The translations under genes and the position numbers were made by a program. Shown piece after piece: positions 49,171 through 63,000 of a stretch of 64,000 bases of DNA. Location of the stretch: contig OZ316776.1 of assembly GCA_973851085.1 (NCBI GenBank), positions 1,860,001 to 1,924,000 of the forward strand, in the 5' to 3' direction. Under the pieces are notes generated by a model. That model saw nothing but the letters and a program-made list of their open reading frames with translations, was not told the DNA's origin and ran no database searches. The stretch is from Ptychomitrium polyphyllum. Its lineage: Eukaryota. Position 1 is the stretch's first letter. The number at the start of each line of letters is the position of its first letter.

Positions 49171-52100
49171 TCAACGATGAAGCCATTTACGTCTTGTTTT
49201 CTTCTTCTGTTCATCAATGGCCTGCACAGACGATAAAGGGGCTCAGCAACTCTCTTGAATATAGTGCAACTTTAAGGGTTGCACACATACTGTAGCATGG
49301 AGGAAAAACGATCTGAATAGGCACACAACCTCTCTTTCATCTACTATAACCACATTCAAACAGCTCTTATATGCACATGAGTAAGAGCTGTGAGGCTGAT
49401 CAAACTTACGGCCTTCAGGAAAGCTCGGAAAGTTAGCACAGCTAAGTCACGAGTCCTGCGTTATTCCAGAAAAAAGCACTTTTCACTTAGGAAGTTCCGA
49501 CATGTACAGTAGGTCGTTTCCTACACACTTGATTGCACTCAGTTCATGCAAATCTTTTATCACATTCTATTGAGATAATTATGAGCTCAATTTTATGCTA
49601 CAACTCATTCTTGTTGTTTGGACTCTGAAGTCAGACGTGTACTTTCATCTGTCGACGCATGCAAGACAGGCACAAAATCAAGAAAAATAAAGTGAGAAGT
49701 TGAACTAACCGAGAATCTCGCAGCTCAAGGTAAATCTCTCTTTTGTCATGGCAAGCGATGAAACAGTGTGGAAACTCTCCTACTGGTATATTGATCTGGA
49801 GTTTAGAACACAAACCCCCGGACAGTTAATGATTGTATGTCGAGATAGAATGAAAACACAATTGCACAATTTCGAGTGCATCAATTTGTGAGCATGTGTG
49901 CTTACAATTACATTAATAACGTGATTGGAGAGGGGAAATGTGAACATACAGAAACTTGAGATGAATATTTCTCATTGACAAGCGTCTTTCGACCGTTGTT
50001 TCGTCGTAATTCATATGTTGAGCGTCGAAGTACCAGTGTTGCTGGCTCAGAAGCGTCTTCAGATGTCCCTTCCTGAGCAAAATCGCAAATTGTCAGAAGT
50101 GCAAAAACAGTTGCAAATCCAAGCTACAAATCAAAGCCATTATGAACAATTCTAGATGTATTGAAATCTACATCATTCAGTGCAGGCAAAAAATCGATTT
50201 TCATACATTTTACAGAGGAATTTCTGCAGGGGAAAAAAAGTAACAGTTCATTTCATCCAACTCGCAAGTATATTTCATACCGATAGGTTCACTTCAAACA
50301 GAGCTTGAGCATTAGTCATATATACTTCGATTTGATCTTGAATCATTGGATCTGCAGAAAGTTACCAGGTAAAACGTCCTTCAACTCAAGCTTATCATAA
50401 TCAAAGTGACTCAGATATTCATGTTCCTCATCATGTCAACAAGAGATAATAATAAACAAAACGAGCTCAGAATGCACACAAACTTTCACAAGAAAGCTTA
50501 CCTCGACTGATCCAATTGCCGTCATTGACCATGACTCTCACCAATTCACCCTACATACCATATCGTACACAGGTCGGCAACTTAAGAAGAATTGGAAAAT
50601 GCACTCAGCTATCCATACGAAGCCCCACCATCTTGTGACATTGTAGCAAAGAAAACTGCAATTAATCATGTCAAAAAAACTAGGCTATCTTCAGCACCCA
50701 TAAATTTCTGACTCAAGGTCTCGTGATTATGCTCTATCATATATCCCAAGAACAGTATTCGGTTTTAGATTTCAAGGTCTGTTGGTTAGACACAGCTACT
50801 CACTCTACGGTTACGCTCATCCATGGGTACACATTCAACGGCAACAATATTGTCACAGTCGTCAGCGGTGATAACGTATTCTGGTTGTGCAGCCCCTGAA
50901 ATAACGAGGAAAGAATTAAGCGAGACTGAAGTCCAACAAAATATTGTATATCCACTGACAGGACCTATTTAGCAGTAAGTCACTTACAGGACTTTAAATG
51001 AGGACGGGTGTGAACAGCTTTTTGGAGCAGGTTTGGTAGCAAGACATCGAAGTAAACAAGTTATCACTGATATGTAATGGACAAAGTTCGAAGTAACATC
51101 AAGTGCATTCCAAATAAAAGGAAACATAACGTGAATTACACAACGCCAAAATATACCTTCAATAAAAGTTGCAGGTCCATCACGAGAATGCCGGACCCAC
51201 TGCACAGAAAAAGGATATCAATCATTGTGTCAGGAAGTGCATCACTCTGTTGAACAAGCTTCAGTAAAATTAGAATGCAGATTCCAATGGTCAATATGAC
51301 TGGACTCAATACTTGGATTTAGAGAACCGTATCAGTTTATCTATATCCAATAAGGATAATGTGACTAAAAAACGGGCTTCGTGCAATACTTGCTCGTTAA
51401 TCCGAAAGACCTAAATTCGGCTACAAAAGATGACCTAAAACTGCCCGAATAAAATTATTAGGATAGCACTGAATAGACCTGGAAGATGCATAAATAAGTG
51501 CCATTAACAGGATGGCCACATGCTGTTAGTCGGCCACCCAAAACAGGATCTCCTACTATTCGAAGGCCCTCTATTCCTGGAGGAGGGTCATTATCTGCAC
51601 AAACAACCACTCATGTTAAACTCACGCCGCAGCAGGATATTCCAGCAATACAAGATTTTGTCTGGATTCCAAAACTGTACTAACGCTCAACAAAATTCAA
51701 CATTTACCTTCAAAACAAGGGGAGGCATGTTCCTCCATCAATGGTGGGAGCTGCGGAGGTGATCGGACAGCTTCAGAGTTACCAATTCCAGGCTTGGAAT
51801 GAATGGGAGTCTGAGGTCCTTCGAAAGAAATTTCATCGTTTTCGAAATCATCAAAGCCTTCACTTGGCCTTGAGTTGATTGAATCATGAGGCGCTAAGGC
51901 CCGATCTGTGTGTGCTCTGTGCGCATGCATTACGTACTGTCATCATCACCTATTGAGCACGACGTAGCTAAGTGAAGAATCTCTCCGCAACAAAAGCCTT
52001 ACAACGTTGAACCCATATCATCCGAACACACAGGACGAGTAACTTACTCTTGGTCATCAGCAGCTTCATTGTGAAGATTATCGTCACGTACTCCTGCAAA

Positions 52101-55100
52101 CCGAGGAGAAGACATACCAGACTCCCAGCCAGGTCGTCCTGTTCGTGGCTGCTGTACCGGAGATGTAGGTCTTTCGGTAAAATGGGGCACCATCTCCAAC
52201 CCATGAGTCTGCTCAATTATGACCCACCTAAATTGTTAAAAACCACGACAAAAACATCTGCCACATTCGCCAGCAAGCTAAGGCAGAAAATCCTAGCTAA
52301 AAAATCATGAAAACAGAGCGCAATCAAGCTTATGATCGCTTGTGAGTGCGCAAGAGTTCATAAAAACAGCACTTATTTATAAACGACGGCTAATTTGGAA
52401 GTGAAGTAAAAGCTCGACTTAAACCGCAAGACATGAGAATCCAGCGGTCTTATATATCAAGTATCATTTACCTGGTATGGAGGAGACTGAGGTGGAGGAT
52501 TGTACAATGAGGGAGGTTGATATAAAGGTTGCCTGGGGGGCAAATAATACTGTGCATTCTTCATCTTGCTCTACAATATCAGTAAACAACACGATCATAA
52601 TATCTGGCAAGTTACAAAGAAACGACTTAGCATACGAAAAAAATTCGGAGGTAAACAGACGATATTAAGGACGTTCAAATCGTACCTCGTAAAGTTCCAA
52701 CTCGGATCGTAGCTTCTGCACGAGTATCTGCAAAATTTAGAATCAGCAAAGATTCTCTGCAGCCCCTTTCACAAAGAACATCATATATTCTTACACATCT
52801 ATAGTGGAATTCTAATCAGATGAACAGATTTTAAGGTTAGAGCTTAGCCACTGCATATATATGCTGGGGTTCAACTGCTAGTCATATTGAAAAACTACTC
52901 AGTAATCAACTGTAATATCCAGGAGAGGAAACCCGAGCAGAAGTCTTAAACGGTGATTTTTCTCGGTGACAAATCAGACCTTGATATGGCTGACAATGGA
53001 GTGTGCATCCGAGACAGGAGGTTGCAAGTCATACTCAGCCAACAGAGACATCAGATTTTGCACGTATACTGTCTTCTCCTGCTCTGCTACCTGAAGTGTC
53101 CATAGTAGTCCTCTGTTACGTCCTACCATCCAAAGAAGACGTGTCTAGGTAGAGCTTACATATCACGCAACGAACACGGTGCAATTCGCAGAACCAAACT
53201 TAAAACTCTAAGACTTTGTTACGTATTAGAGTTCTAAATGTAATGGAAATGTCTTACTAGCCTGAAAATGCATTAAAAACACAAAACTGCGAAGCTTTTT
53301 AAGTCTCCCACAACAAAAAAAGGTTGCAGACTCAAATTTTACACCGACAAAAGGATAACCACATACTAAGGTTTCAGATAGAAATCAATAAATCCTCGTT
53401 CTAAAATAGTTCATCAACGTTATAAAAAGGTTTTGTTGCAAGCCGAAAAGGAGATAATACATATGTAACGAGATAAACCTGAAGAGCGTAAGTAAGGCGA
53501 TAGTTCTCTTCAAGCACATCTTGTCGATAAGACAAAGCCTTAGATGCTGCATCTACCAATCCTTGTTGCTGCTGGTCATAAGCCTGTCTCACAAAAGATA
53601 AAACAGGTAAACAAGAAAAATTGGATGAGTACATGTACATACACACAGAACTAGTGAAAGAATAACCAAATATTGGCTCACGAGGCACTAACCAATCTTA
53701 ACTCTGCAACCCGACGCTCGAGTATCCTCTTTTCACTCATGAGTTGAGCTTCCTGCATTAAGAATGCAAAAGCACTGATCAAACATAAGGATTGGATGAT
53801 CTTGTTTCAGAATTCTCGTATACTCAAGAGCACACAAGTTAGCAATGTACGTAAATTCTATATGCAACACAGCGTGAATGGACATGAATGTACTAATGTC
53901 ATATGATCTTCCTGACGATATAACCGTTAAGATCACCAACACATCGACGTCCTACACCAGTAGTAACTCAACGAACCAATCTCAAGCACGCAATACCTTC
54001 AAGGATGCATCCCTTAAGCGACGAGTTAAAACTTGATTTGTTTCATCTTCTGAAGGCCTTGCGACGCTTAAGGCCAAATCCTGTGTAACAAGAACAGCCC
54101 GATAAACGTCCTTACATATCTTAAGAAGAGTTTTTAAACGTTCTAGTATCACTTACATGAGACAAACCATACTGCGTTTATCAACAAGATCGACTAGCAA
54201 AACATATCGCAAAGGTGTGCACCTGTGGTGGGCGGTAGTAGCCACTGCGGTTGTTCGAATCTGGCAAATCCTGGCCCTGATGAAGATTCCGTTGGTCTGC
54301 TTCAACGTCCATTCTTCGACTGTTCCACAAGATAAACTTTACTGTCTTTATATTAACAAGTATGATGATTAAGACGGTGAACTACTTTCTCATTCCTTAA
54401 GGCCTCCACATACTTCAGTTAAGGCTCTACCTCCAATTGAAAGCTTCATAATGGTGTAGATAAAGGAGCCCAAGCAGTCCTACTGCCAGTATCGACGAAC
54501 AATATTGTTGGCTAAACTTAAGTTCTGAATAAATGCTGTAACTTCTTAAGGGCAGTGTTATGTACAGGGTTCCGATAATACCTCTCATGAAGCAAACAGG
54601 ACTAATGTATGTTCTTACATAGAAAAATCGCTTACGTGATTGCTTGGCCAAGTATGTGACAATCTTGACAAGCACTTGCACATCATCTAATAGAAAGGCT
54701 CAACAACTAATAATAGTAGGTGGCCTTCTTAATTACACAAAACCAACACATGCGTTGAACATATACGGATGTCAAAACCATTTGCATGGGTCTGCATCAC
54801 GAGGTTAAAGCTTTTGCGACTTCTGCCTCCTTTGAGTGGCAGAAGTACAAAAACAACCACGAGCATACAAGTACATCAGGTATTTAGTTCCGGCCTGAGA
54901 GATGTTATAGTAGAACTCACGGATATGGAAAGGCTGAGCTAGATGCTGGATTCGAACGTGGAGAAAAATGGCCAGGATCTACAGCAGATGAACCATTGGA
55001 ATGTGCACCTGCCAAGGTGCTACCATTTGCGGCGTGATTTCCACCACCATTGCTGAGGCCATTTTTCCGAGGATACGAAGATGCAACACCTCCCAAGGGA

Positions 55101-56801
55101 GTTAACATATTTTGATGATTGAACAGAGGAACCGTCCCTGTATGCACATCTTTGAAGTTCAACGACCTGCTCGGATTGCGTGAGGATGGATGTGTACTCC
55201 CAGGTAAAACTTGTTTCTGCTGACCAATCCTCTGTAAAATGTAGAACATATAATATATAAGGTATACTAACAACAAACGTTCTCAAAAACATCTCTTGAA
55301 GACCTACACCTGAATTGTAACATTATGTATCTTTACTCTCAACTTATCCTTGCACTCAATTGTAAAGCGCTCGCCACCATACTAATCGAGGCCCCCACTA
55401 GAAAACAGATTTCAATCGCGTCCACGCCTTGCTAAGTGGCCTAACGTAGATCGTGTCAGGCGAGCAAGAGAACCGTGTAGATCAAATCTTGTGTTCTTTG
55501 AAAGACTTCCAGTAAGCCACGAAAATGTTACGTTTATGAGTTAGATGTACTTACAATAAGCAAAACATATTTCAGAGTAAACTTGATTAGTTGATCCCTC
55601 GAAAGAAAATGGCACATATCACATCTGGTACTGCATAAATGAAGAATAATAATTCATTCAATTGGGTCTACGATTTTAACATACTGTAGGCACATGACTT
55701 CTATGCGACATCAGTGTACTAAGACTGAGCAAGAAAGTTTGTCTACGTACATGAGCATGCAGCTCCCTTTCAGCTGCTTGCAAGGCATTTTTCAACTCCT
55801 CGTTTTCTTCAGCCTGCATATTGCTATCTCATGTGAGCATCGAGAGTCATAAAGTTCAGTAATAAATGTGCGGAAAAGAAAAAAAAAAACCATCTAGCCA
55901 AACACAATAGAGCCTTCTTCGCATTATAAAAGAGGAGCCATATGCCTGACCTGAGTACGAATAGCAGACTCTGCTGCCTCGATAATATCCATCAGATTAC
56001 TGGCCTGAAACAATGACGAAAACCCAGCCTACCTTGAGAGACCGATCCTAGAATTAAGCTCTCAGACAAAAGTAGACGCTACATAGCTTTGAATACTTGT
56101 CTTCAACTAAGTATAGAATTCAAGGAATGTCGTTGGTTGCAACTGCATGTTAAATATTTCAACAATATTCACTAGGTGCAGAAGTTACGTTTTCGTCTCT
56201 TGCTTCCGGTTGCTATAACTCAAAGCGAAGCAAGGCTATTTCTAAGTTCAACAATGTTGTTTGTATTCTCACCATAGATCTACTTCTCTTTGTTAAAACA
56301 ATTTACAAAACCGAAGTCTGCACTCAAATATGAAACTGGACAAGAATAAATTGCATCATAGTCCACTAGAGGAGTCACATTCAAATCTGAGAAAAGCCAT
56401 AAACATTATGTTACGTAAGACTGCTTTCGGCTGCTAAATTTTTTTCATCGTACTTATTATAACCATAAGAACATTTTCACCTGAACACAACTAATCCATG
56501 GCAAACACACTCCCCAACTCGAACAATCAGGGAAGTAAAGACAAATCCATTAAAAATCATTCTTAGTGTTACCTTGAACAACAAAACAATCATAACAACT
56601 GAAAGAAATGCAGACGATGTAAAAAATGTGTATTCATGGCATATGAACCTGATTCGGACTCTCCCCATTTGAAGCAAGCTCCATTGAGCTCAGTCTCTTC
56701 TGAAGGTCTACAACACCTGGACTGCTGTGTCCATCTCGAGGCTGATGTATGTCAGGTACTCCTTTCAAATCTCCCACATCAGCTGCCTTAGAGAAAGACA
56801 T
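49171..56801 (-). CDS. Conserved plant protein: coiled-coil, disordered linker, AIR9-like Ig (A9) domain and PH-like C-terminus (At5g08440/At5g23490-like), 22 exons, about 741 aa
   Basis: Exons 56649-56801, 55951-56004, 55751-55813, 54921-55231, 54223-54319, 53997-54080, 53693-53752, 53479-53583, 52980-53090, 52686-52727, 52472-52570, 52048-52208, 51708-51916, 51479-51594, 51157-51199, 50804-50895, 50502-50550, 50281-50351, 49950-50072, 49710-49795, 49410-49455, 49171-49221, all in phase. Motifs AYDQQQQGLVDAASKALSYRQDVLEEN and PGIEGLRIVGDPVLGGRLTACGHPVNGTYLCIFQWVRH...EYVITADDCDNIVAVECVPMD. Family assignment from recall. Confidence 0.85.
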
Positions 56802-58198
56802 CGTCACGACATCCTCTACCTTCCCGGATAAAAGGAGGCAAAAACAATAACTCTAAAAAAAAGCCTAACAAAACTCTCCACTCCTATTGTCACCCTAACC
56901 AAAAAATCAAAACTGCAAAACTCAACCAACAAAACTCAACACCAACATCCAAAATTCTGAAAAAAATTTGCACCTAAACTCTCAGAACGACCTCCTACAC
57001 TGCACATGACCCTCCCAAACCGCTGTCACCGGAGGACCCAGACGACTACCACATCAAAGCTGGCACCTTCCACTAAAAATCTCATCGTTGACACCCTACG
57101 AAAGTCGGCAGCTCCATCAGAGTTGGTAGAGACGCAACCCACCAATCAGAGTGTGATGACTGGGAGAGACCGAGTCAATATCTAGGCATCCAGAGTGTCC
57201 CCCAAACTCGGAAGCACGCACCTGATCTCGGCACTCAATCGTCTAAATCTGGACTAATCGTGTCTGGAAACAGGCAAGCTGTGTTCATAGGGTTTCCTGG
57301 CGCAAGACAGCAAGTGCAGTTCCCTCATGACACTGTAAACTGTACACTAGGCCAGTCTTGTGTTCAGTCGGTAGGTGAGGGATGCACATCCAGACCCGTC
57401 ACTGAATACAAAACCGACAATATCTTCGAAGACATAACATTCGAGCTCCTAAGCTCTACTACGGTTTTAGACAACATGAGCAATAGGTTTCCAACCCCCT
57501 ACTGCAGGAATCCTGGGGTAGAAGGCGGGCCAGCCTAGGCGGTGTCAAGTGTGTTGATCCGTAGCCTGGGTTGCATGTCTAATAGCATCACAGAACGCAA
57601 ACACAGACAGTATCCACAACAATCGTACATTCCAAATCCTGAATTCTTAACATACCAAGGAGAAAGTTCTACCCCAGTGCAGTGACGGTTGGCTACTTCG
57701 TCTGGCGATATGTTTCCGCATCGAGTAGTATACAGGAAGCGAGTGTACGCCTACTCTAAGTTTTAACCGGTTTACCGGGTAGTGACGGTTTCGGAGACGC
57801 TCCCCTCTGCACGAGTTGCAGGAATCACACCCAAGCCTGTGTGTGGATGACTGACAGGTCAAATTCCACATAGCCGACCAATCATGCAGGCGGCTGACGC
57901 CTCTAGCGCCTTTGCCAGGCCGTCCGGCTTCGCTACCAGGCGATGTCAGCGAAACCCGCAGGTGACGATCGACGGTATCAGGCTCAATCCTACCTACATC
58001 AACGTGCGCTCCACACCTTTCATAATGTATTTAGAATCAACCTCTACTATTATCGTATATTTTATGTAATCAATTCCATAATATCTAAGTCTTTTGTTGA
58101 TCTAATAAGCAGGTCACCTGTCGTTTTGACTTGACTTGACATCAAATTTGGTAGACTTCTTGAGAGGGATATGTACGGTAGCATTAGATAACAAAGGT

Positions 58199-58536
58199 TT
58201 AGGGTTGAGCGACGGCTTTGGGTGTGCACCGTGTGGAGCTATATGAAGAGAGTTTGTGGTGCGAGGGAAACATCTTTGCATGGCAGGAAGCGTGCTCTCT
58301 TGCAACGCCATCGTCGTCAGTGTTAGTTTTTAGCTTACGACATCGGTCTGACGAGTCGGGTTAGGTGTCTGCTTTCTGTCTTTGCCTTCTGGTTGTACTT
58401 GGTAGCTTCTCTGTTTCGGTTTCTGGTGATCATTTCGTAAGTTTTTAGGGTGCAGGAGAAACCCTAACTTTGCTTGGCGGCGGCCGGCATTGCCGACTCG
58501 ACCGAGCCCTTGAGGTGGCGCCCTGAACCCTAGGTT
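58199..58536. promoter_or_regulatory. Cluster of telo-box-like motifs
   Basis: TTAGGGTT 58199-58206, TTTTAGGGT about 58443-58451, AAACCCTAA 58459-58467, AACCCTAGG about 58527-58535. Telo-boxes are known plant promoter/5' UTR elements. Confidence 0.45.
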
Positions 58537-58766
58537 GTTTTGGTTTCTGTGGTTATATGGACGCCGTGAGAGCATGACCATGGACTGGACGAACTGCTCT
58601 GCTACCAGTATGTGCAGTCTCGTTTGCCGTTACGTGTCGAACTTGTGAGCCTTTTTCCTGAAGTCTTCATATATGGTGTTGCTTTTGGAATGGACTGGTT
58701 GTATATCAACCTGGAGGAAGCGCCGGAGAGTGGCAACGTTTTCAAGGCTCGCAGATCCCCAGTTTA

Positions 58767-58884
58767 CTTTTGCAATTGAAATGCAAACCTGCCATCCTTC
58801 GATGGAATCGTACATTCTGTGTCGAGGTTTCCCAAGCCTTGGATTTTATTGAAGGGTAGCAGGTTTGAATATCTTCTGTAAAAG
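58767..58884 (+). ncRNA. Candidate pre-miRNA hairpin
   Basis: 58784-58809 pairs with 58842-58867 at 25 of 26 positions (4 G:U, 1 mismatch, no bulges). An in-register lower stem extends to CTTTTGCA/TGTAAAAG. Loop is 32 nt. Confidence 0.5.
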
Positions 58885-60063
58885 GAAAGAGGAGATATGC
58901 GAAGTCTCAATCCGATGACTCGGGCCTTCATCGAAAGCAAATCTGAAAGTCATCATGGATGATGTTGCTTTTGGGAGGGACTGGTTGCACCTACTCAACG
59001 TTATTTGCACGACCTGCGAATGTTTTGCATTGCCGATATGCTCTGATATTGGTCTTTCCGGTTTCTCCATTGTCTCCAACTGCAGCTTCAGAGCATTTTT
59101 CCTTGTTCTGAGCAGTGTGCGCTTGTTCTATTTGATCTTGCCTTGTCATTAATTGTTATGCTAATAATGCCGCTTTGGACGTGCTCTTTTTGCATTAGTG
59201 GATGTGTGTAAGTCGTCACCAAAGTAATATTGCTGTCTGGCGTAAGCAATTGTTATGATAATATAAACTATCCAGAATAGTACTAATACTTACCCTTGAG
59301 ATCAAGGGTATCACTATCGTTTGCTTTAAGATTACAACTTTAAAAACCTTTATTTATACACGTCACTCCCTGTGGAAAGTTGCATGAACTACGTGTATGT
59401 GGTATTTTCAAGTATGTACGCCGAAGTCGCAGCTACACTCGGATGACATTTAAAATCTTGTAGAATTCATTGAGAACTATTTAAAATCTGAGGTTAAGAT
59501 TCTGCTCTTTAAGATGAAGAAAAGGTACCATCTCAAATGTACAAAGGTTTCCTCCTACTGTCACCATCACCACTCTAACTCCTCCAGTAACTACCCATGG
59601 TTCCTCGCAAACCGGTTCCCTTTACTGTCAGTCCCACAATTATTGTAAAACTTTTCAGCGAACTTCTCCGACTTGTCATTAGTTCGAAAATGAAATATCA
59701 AAATTTTCACTCTAATGCTTCCACAAATCGAAACATTCAACATAGATATTTGAGATCGTTCACATATGATAGGATGAGAAAATTTTGTCAGCATTGTAAA
59801 CAGATTAATTTCAACTACTTATCATCTCAATAACTTTCATCCAGTATGTGAGTCAATGGCAAAGCCCAAATGGTAAATTACTAGCATTTCAACTGTTGGA
59901 CATGTCAGAACTGGAATGCTGCAGCAATGTAGCTGGTGATCAGGTGGTCGGGAATGGGAGTCTACAGTGCTTTGTCCATATTATACAAATGGTCCTGCTA
60001 CCTCAAGTCTGTACATTTTGATAAATGACCTTTACTAGAGTTCAGCATGCGACAGCTTCTGGC

Positions 60064-63000
60064 CTAGTCCTGTTTTCGCTTGGACTTTCGAGCTGCAACA
60101 ATCATCTTCTGAAGAAAGTTGAGAGTTCTTGTGTAAGCAGGATCAGATCGACTCAAAGGCTTGCAAGAGTTGATATGATCAGTACCCTCCAGTAACTGCC
60201 AAATAGAAACACAAATCCTTCAGCTAGAGTGGCATTGTACAAGTTAACTACTGGAAAGAGGTAAAGTGTACAATTAGCTTCAACACTGCATCAATTGATG
60301 CCATGAGGTAAAGGGTGGTTTCCGGAACTTACAACAAGTTCACCAAATCCTGGGTAAGCAGATTCAACGGGCACAACTTCCATCCGTAGCCCATAACCTC
60401 CATAACCCTCTACCAGAGGTGTCACCTTGGTCTAAACACAACATCAAACAGCACCTCAGAAAGACAAACAAACTTCATCAAACTGCGCCCAAAAACCATG
60501 AGAAATGAACCACATCAATACATATGCACAGCCATGATTAGAGAAAATACAAATCAGATGGGCAATCTCTTACCTCACTGAAGCTAAGGACATCCAAACC
60601 ACGCTTGGTGTGGAGCTGCCGAACAAAACGATTGAGCTCTTCGAGTTTAGGAGAGCCACTCCTCAGATCTCCAATCTGTCGTAGAGGGACATAATTGGCA
60701 TAAGTTCAGCAACAAGGATTATTTGAAAATAACAGTCAAGGATATACAGGTAGCACGTTTAGAAAAAAGGTTGTAAAACAAAAGGACAAGAACAGAAGGA
60801 GAAGATATTGGAAGGGAACTTACTGAAGGCGCTGGTCGCAGGACATAACCAAACCTCCAGGGCATATCAGCAAGCTTGCTACCAAAATGTGGACAGCTGT
60901 AGAAAACCTGCACACTCAAAAATATTGCCGACAAAGTCAGTCAGATAGAGGCAGAGTTTAAAATCCTAGGTTATTATGTAGTAACTTCGAGAAACTTATA
61001 TACCATATGCAATAGCGAGTCATAGCGGACACTTCAAGTTACTCGGTAAACTGCGAACAATGACTTCCTCCCCTTTGTGATATACTTTGGACAACAAGTG
61101 ATCTTAAAAGCAACTAACTTCAGGATCAGATATCAACAGACATGTCACATATCACATGCAACAATCAAACATATAGATTGCTACCGTCCGATGTGCTGCA
61201 ACTACTTTTCGAAAAAAATTCATATTGAACAATGAAGACATGAATAGTTAAACAAGAAGCATGAACCGAGAGATGAACCAACAATGCCAGAAGTTTTTTT
61301 CAAAAGACGAGCTCGTTTCTCGTCATGGCGTTTTTCATCTTGGCTCGCTTGCACCAAAAGCTGCTTTACAACCAAACCACCCATACTGCACAGCGGTAGA
61401 CATCGACAATCCAAATGATGAGTACGTTAAAAGAAAAATCATATGTAAAAGTTCTAACTTCCACCATGCAAAACCGTTTCTAGCTTGTATTACTATTCAT
61501 AAGCTTAAACACAAAAAGAGGGCTTTGTCGAAAAGACCTATGAGTGACAAACACCACGGGCCGTTCTCCAATGCCTGCTGCAACCAGTTTATCAAGCAAC
61601 ATTGAACTTACTTCCTGAATCTCAGCAAACAACACACAATGTCAAGTTTCTACTTTACTTCTTCACAGCCCTAAATCATAAATATACTCTTTCTATAAAA
61701 GTTATACTACTACGAATACCTTTGCTCGCACCTGGCACTGGTGACAGTCGCTACTATAAACGTGTTATAATAATCATCGCAAAGTGTATCAATTGCAACA
61801 CAAATTGATCACAGCTTAAACTCGATTTTTATACTGGCACTAATCGATTTAGATATCACCTAGTTGAATGACTAAATAGGCAATATCACTTACAAAAAAA
61901 GTAACACTTACGGTAGATTCGAAATAGACAAGGGTAAAAACTCACTGCTGTAAACAAGACCTGCATATACCTGTAAGGGAAGAGTTGCTCCCGACCATTG
62001 AGATAAATTTGTCTGTACACAAACCATGTGGATCAACTAAGTGAACGCTGGTGTATCTACTTAAAAGCATATCGAGGAATGAAAGATCTGAGCTCATCAT
62101 TGGTTTGGGTGTACAATCTGACAACATAGAACCCTACAAAAACTCCTACTGGTGCTAATAAACAGAACAAACTGTATACCACGTATCATTCAGATAAGCT
62201 GTTAGGATACAATTCAGCACCTGGACAAACGTCTCGAACATAATAATGTCATTTCTTATGTCAATGCGACTCAAGTACCATCTTCAAAGTCCAAACTGCA
62301 AATTTAACGTCTGAAGATCCCTCCACAACTTTTCTCCTATAAGAACTGGCTGATATAAAGATTCCCACATAGGAAAGAATGCAGTAATTCAAGGTACAAG
62401 ATGAAGATTTACTCACTGAGAAAGTATCACTCATAAAATGAAGATCCACTCACTCGCAAGGACTACATTTAGGGTGGTTACCTTATACTTGACGGTCAAT
62501 AAGCGGCTACCAGGGAGATCATCGGCAAGCCATTCTTCAGGCCAACACGTTCCTTCCTTTCCAGCATCCTCATCGATCTTTTCTACCAGCCCACTAGGAC
62601 TGGTAGATGAAGTCTTGTCCTCAGCAATACGCCAAGTCCTATATGGGCCCCCCATTAAACCATGCACAAACACTACATCAAGTACTGGTTCATCGTCCTC
62701 CTGCAGATGGACATAGCGTATGTAAGCAACCAGTTAAAGCCACCAATTAAAGCCATGAACAATCATCTTTAAGCAGATTTCAGGAAGTCATACTGATAAC
62801 ATTGAGAATGCGCACATCTGACTATCACCTTCTCTGTGTAGCTTGTATCATGCTGAAATCCAACAACATGATCACCTAGATAGCTCCCACGACTTGCTCC
62901 TATTTCTTGCTTGGACGATTGTGCACCCCAGTACATTTGATCAGAGTTCATCAAAAAAATGCAATCCTCATATCGTGGCCAAACTTCACTCACGCTATTC

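Noticed and set aside
58459..58468. AAACCCTAAC as a telomerase RNA template, or the region as a C/D snoRNA cluster
   Set aside because: No clear USE/TATA Pol III promoter or terminator, and no canonical RTGATGA/CTGA pair with a terminal stem; better read as telo-boxes.
59286..59310. ATACTTACC (U1 5'-end-like) and palindrome TACCCTTGA-GA-TCAAGGGTA
   Set aside because: The U1 match stops after 9 nt, with no U1 body; the 9-bp palindrome is within chance.
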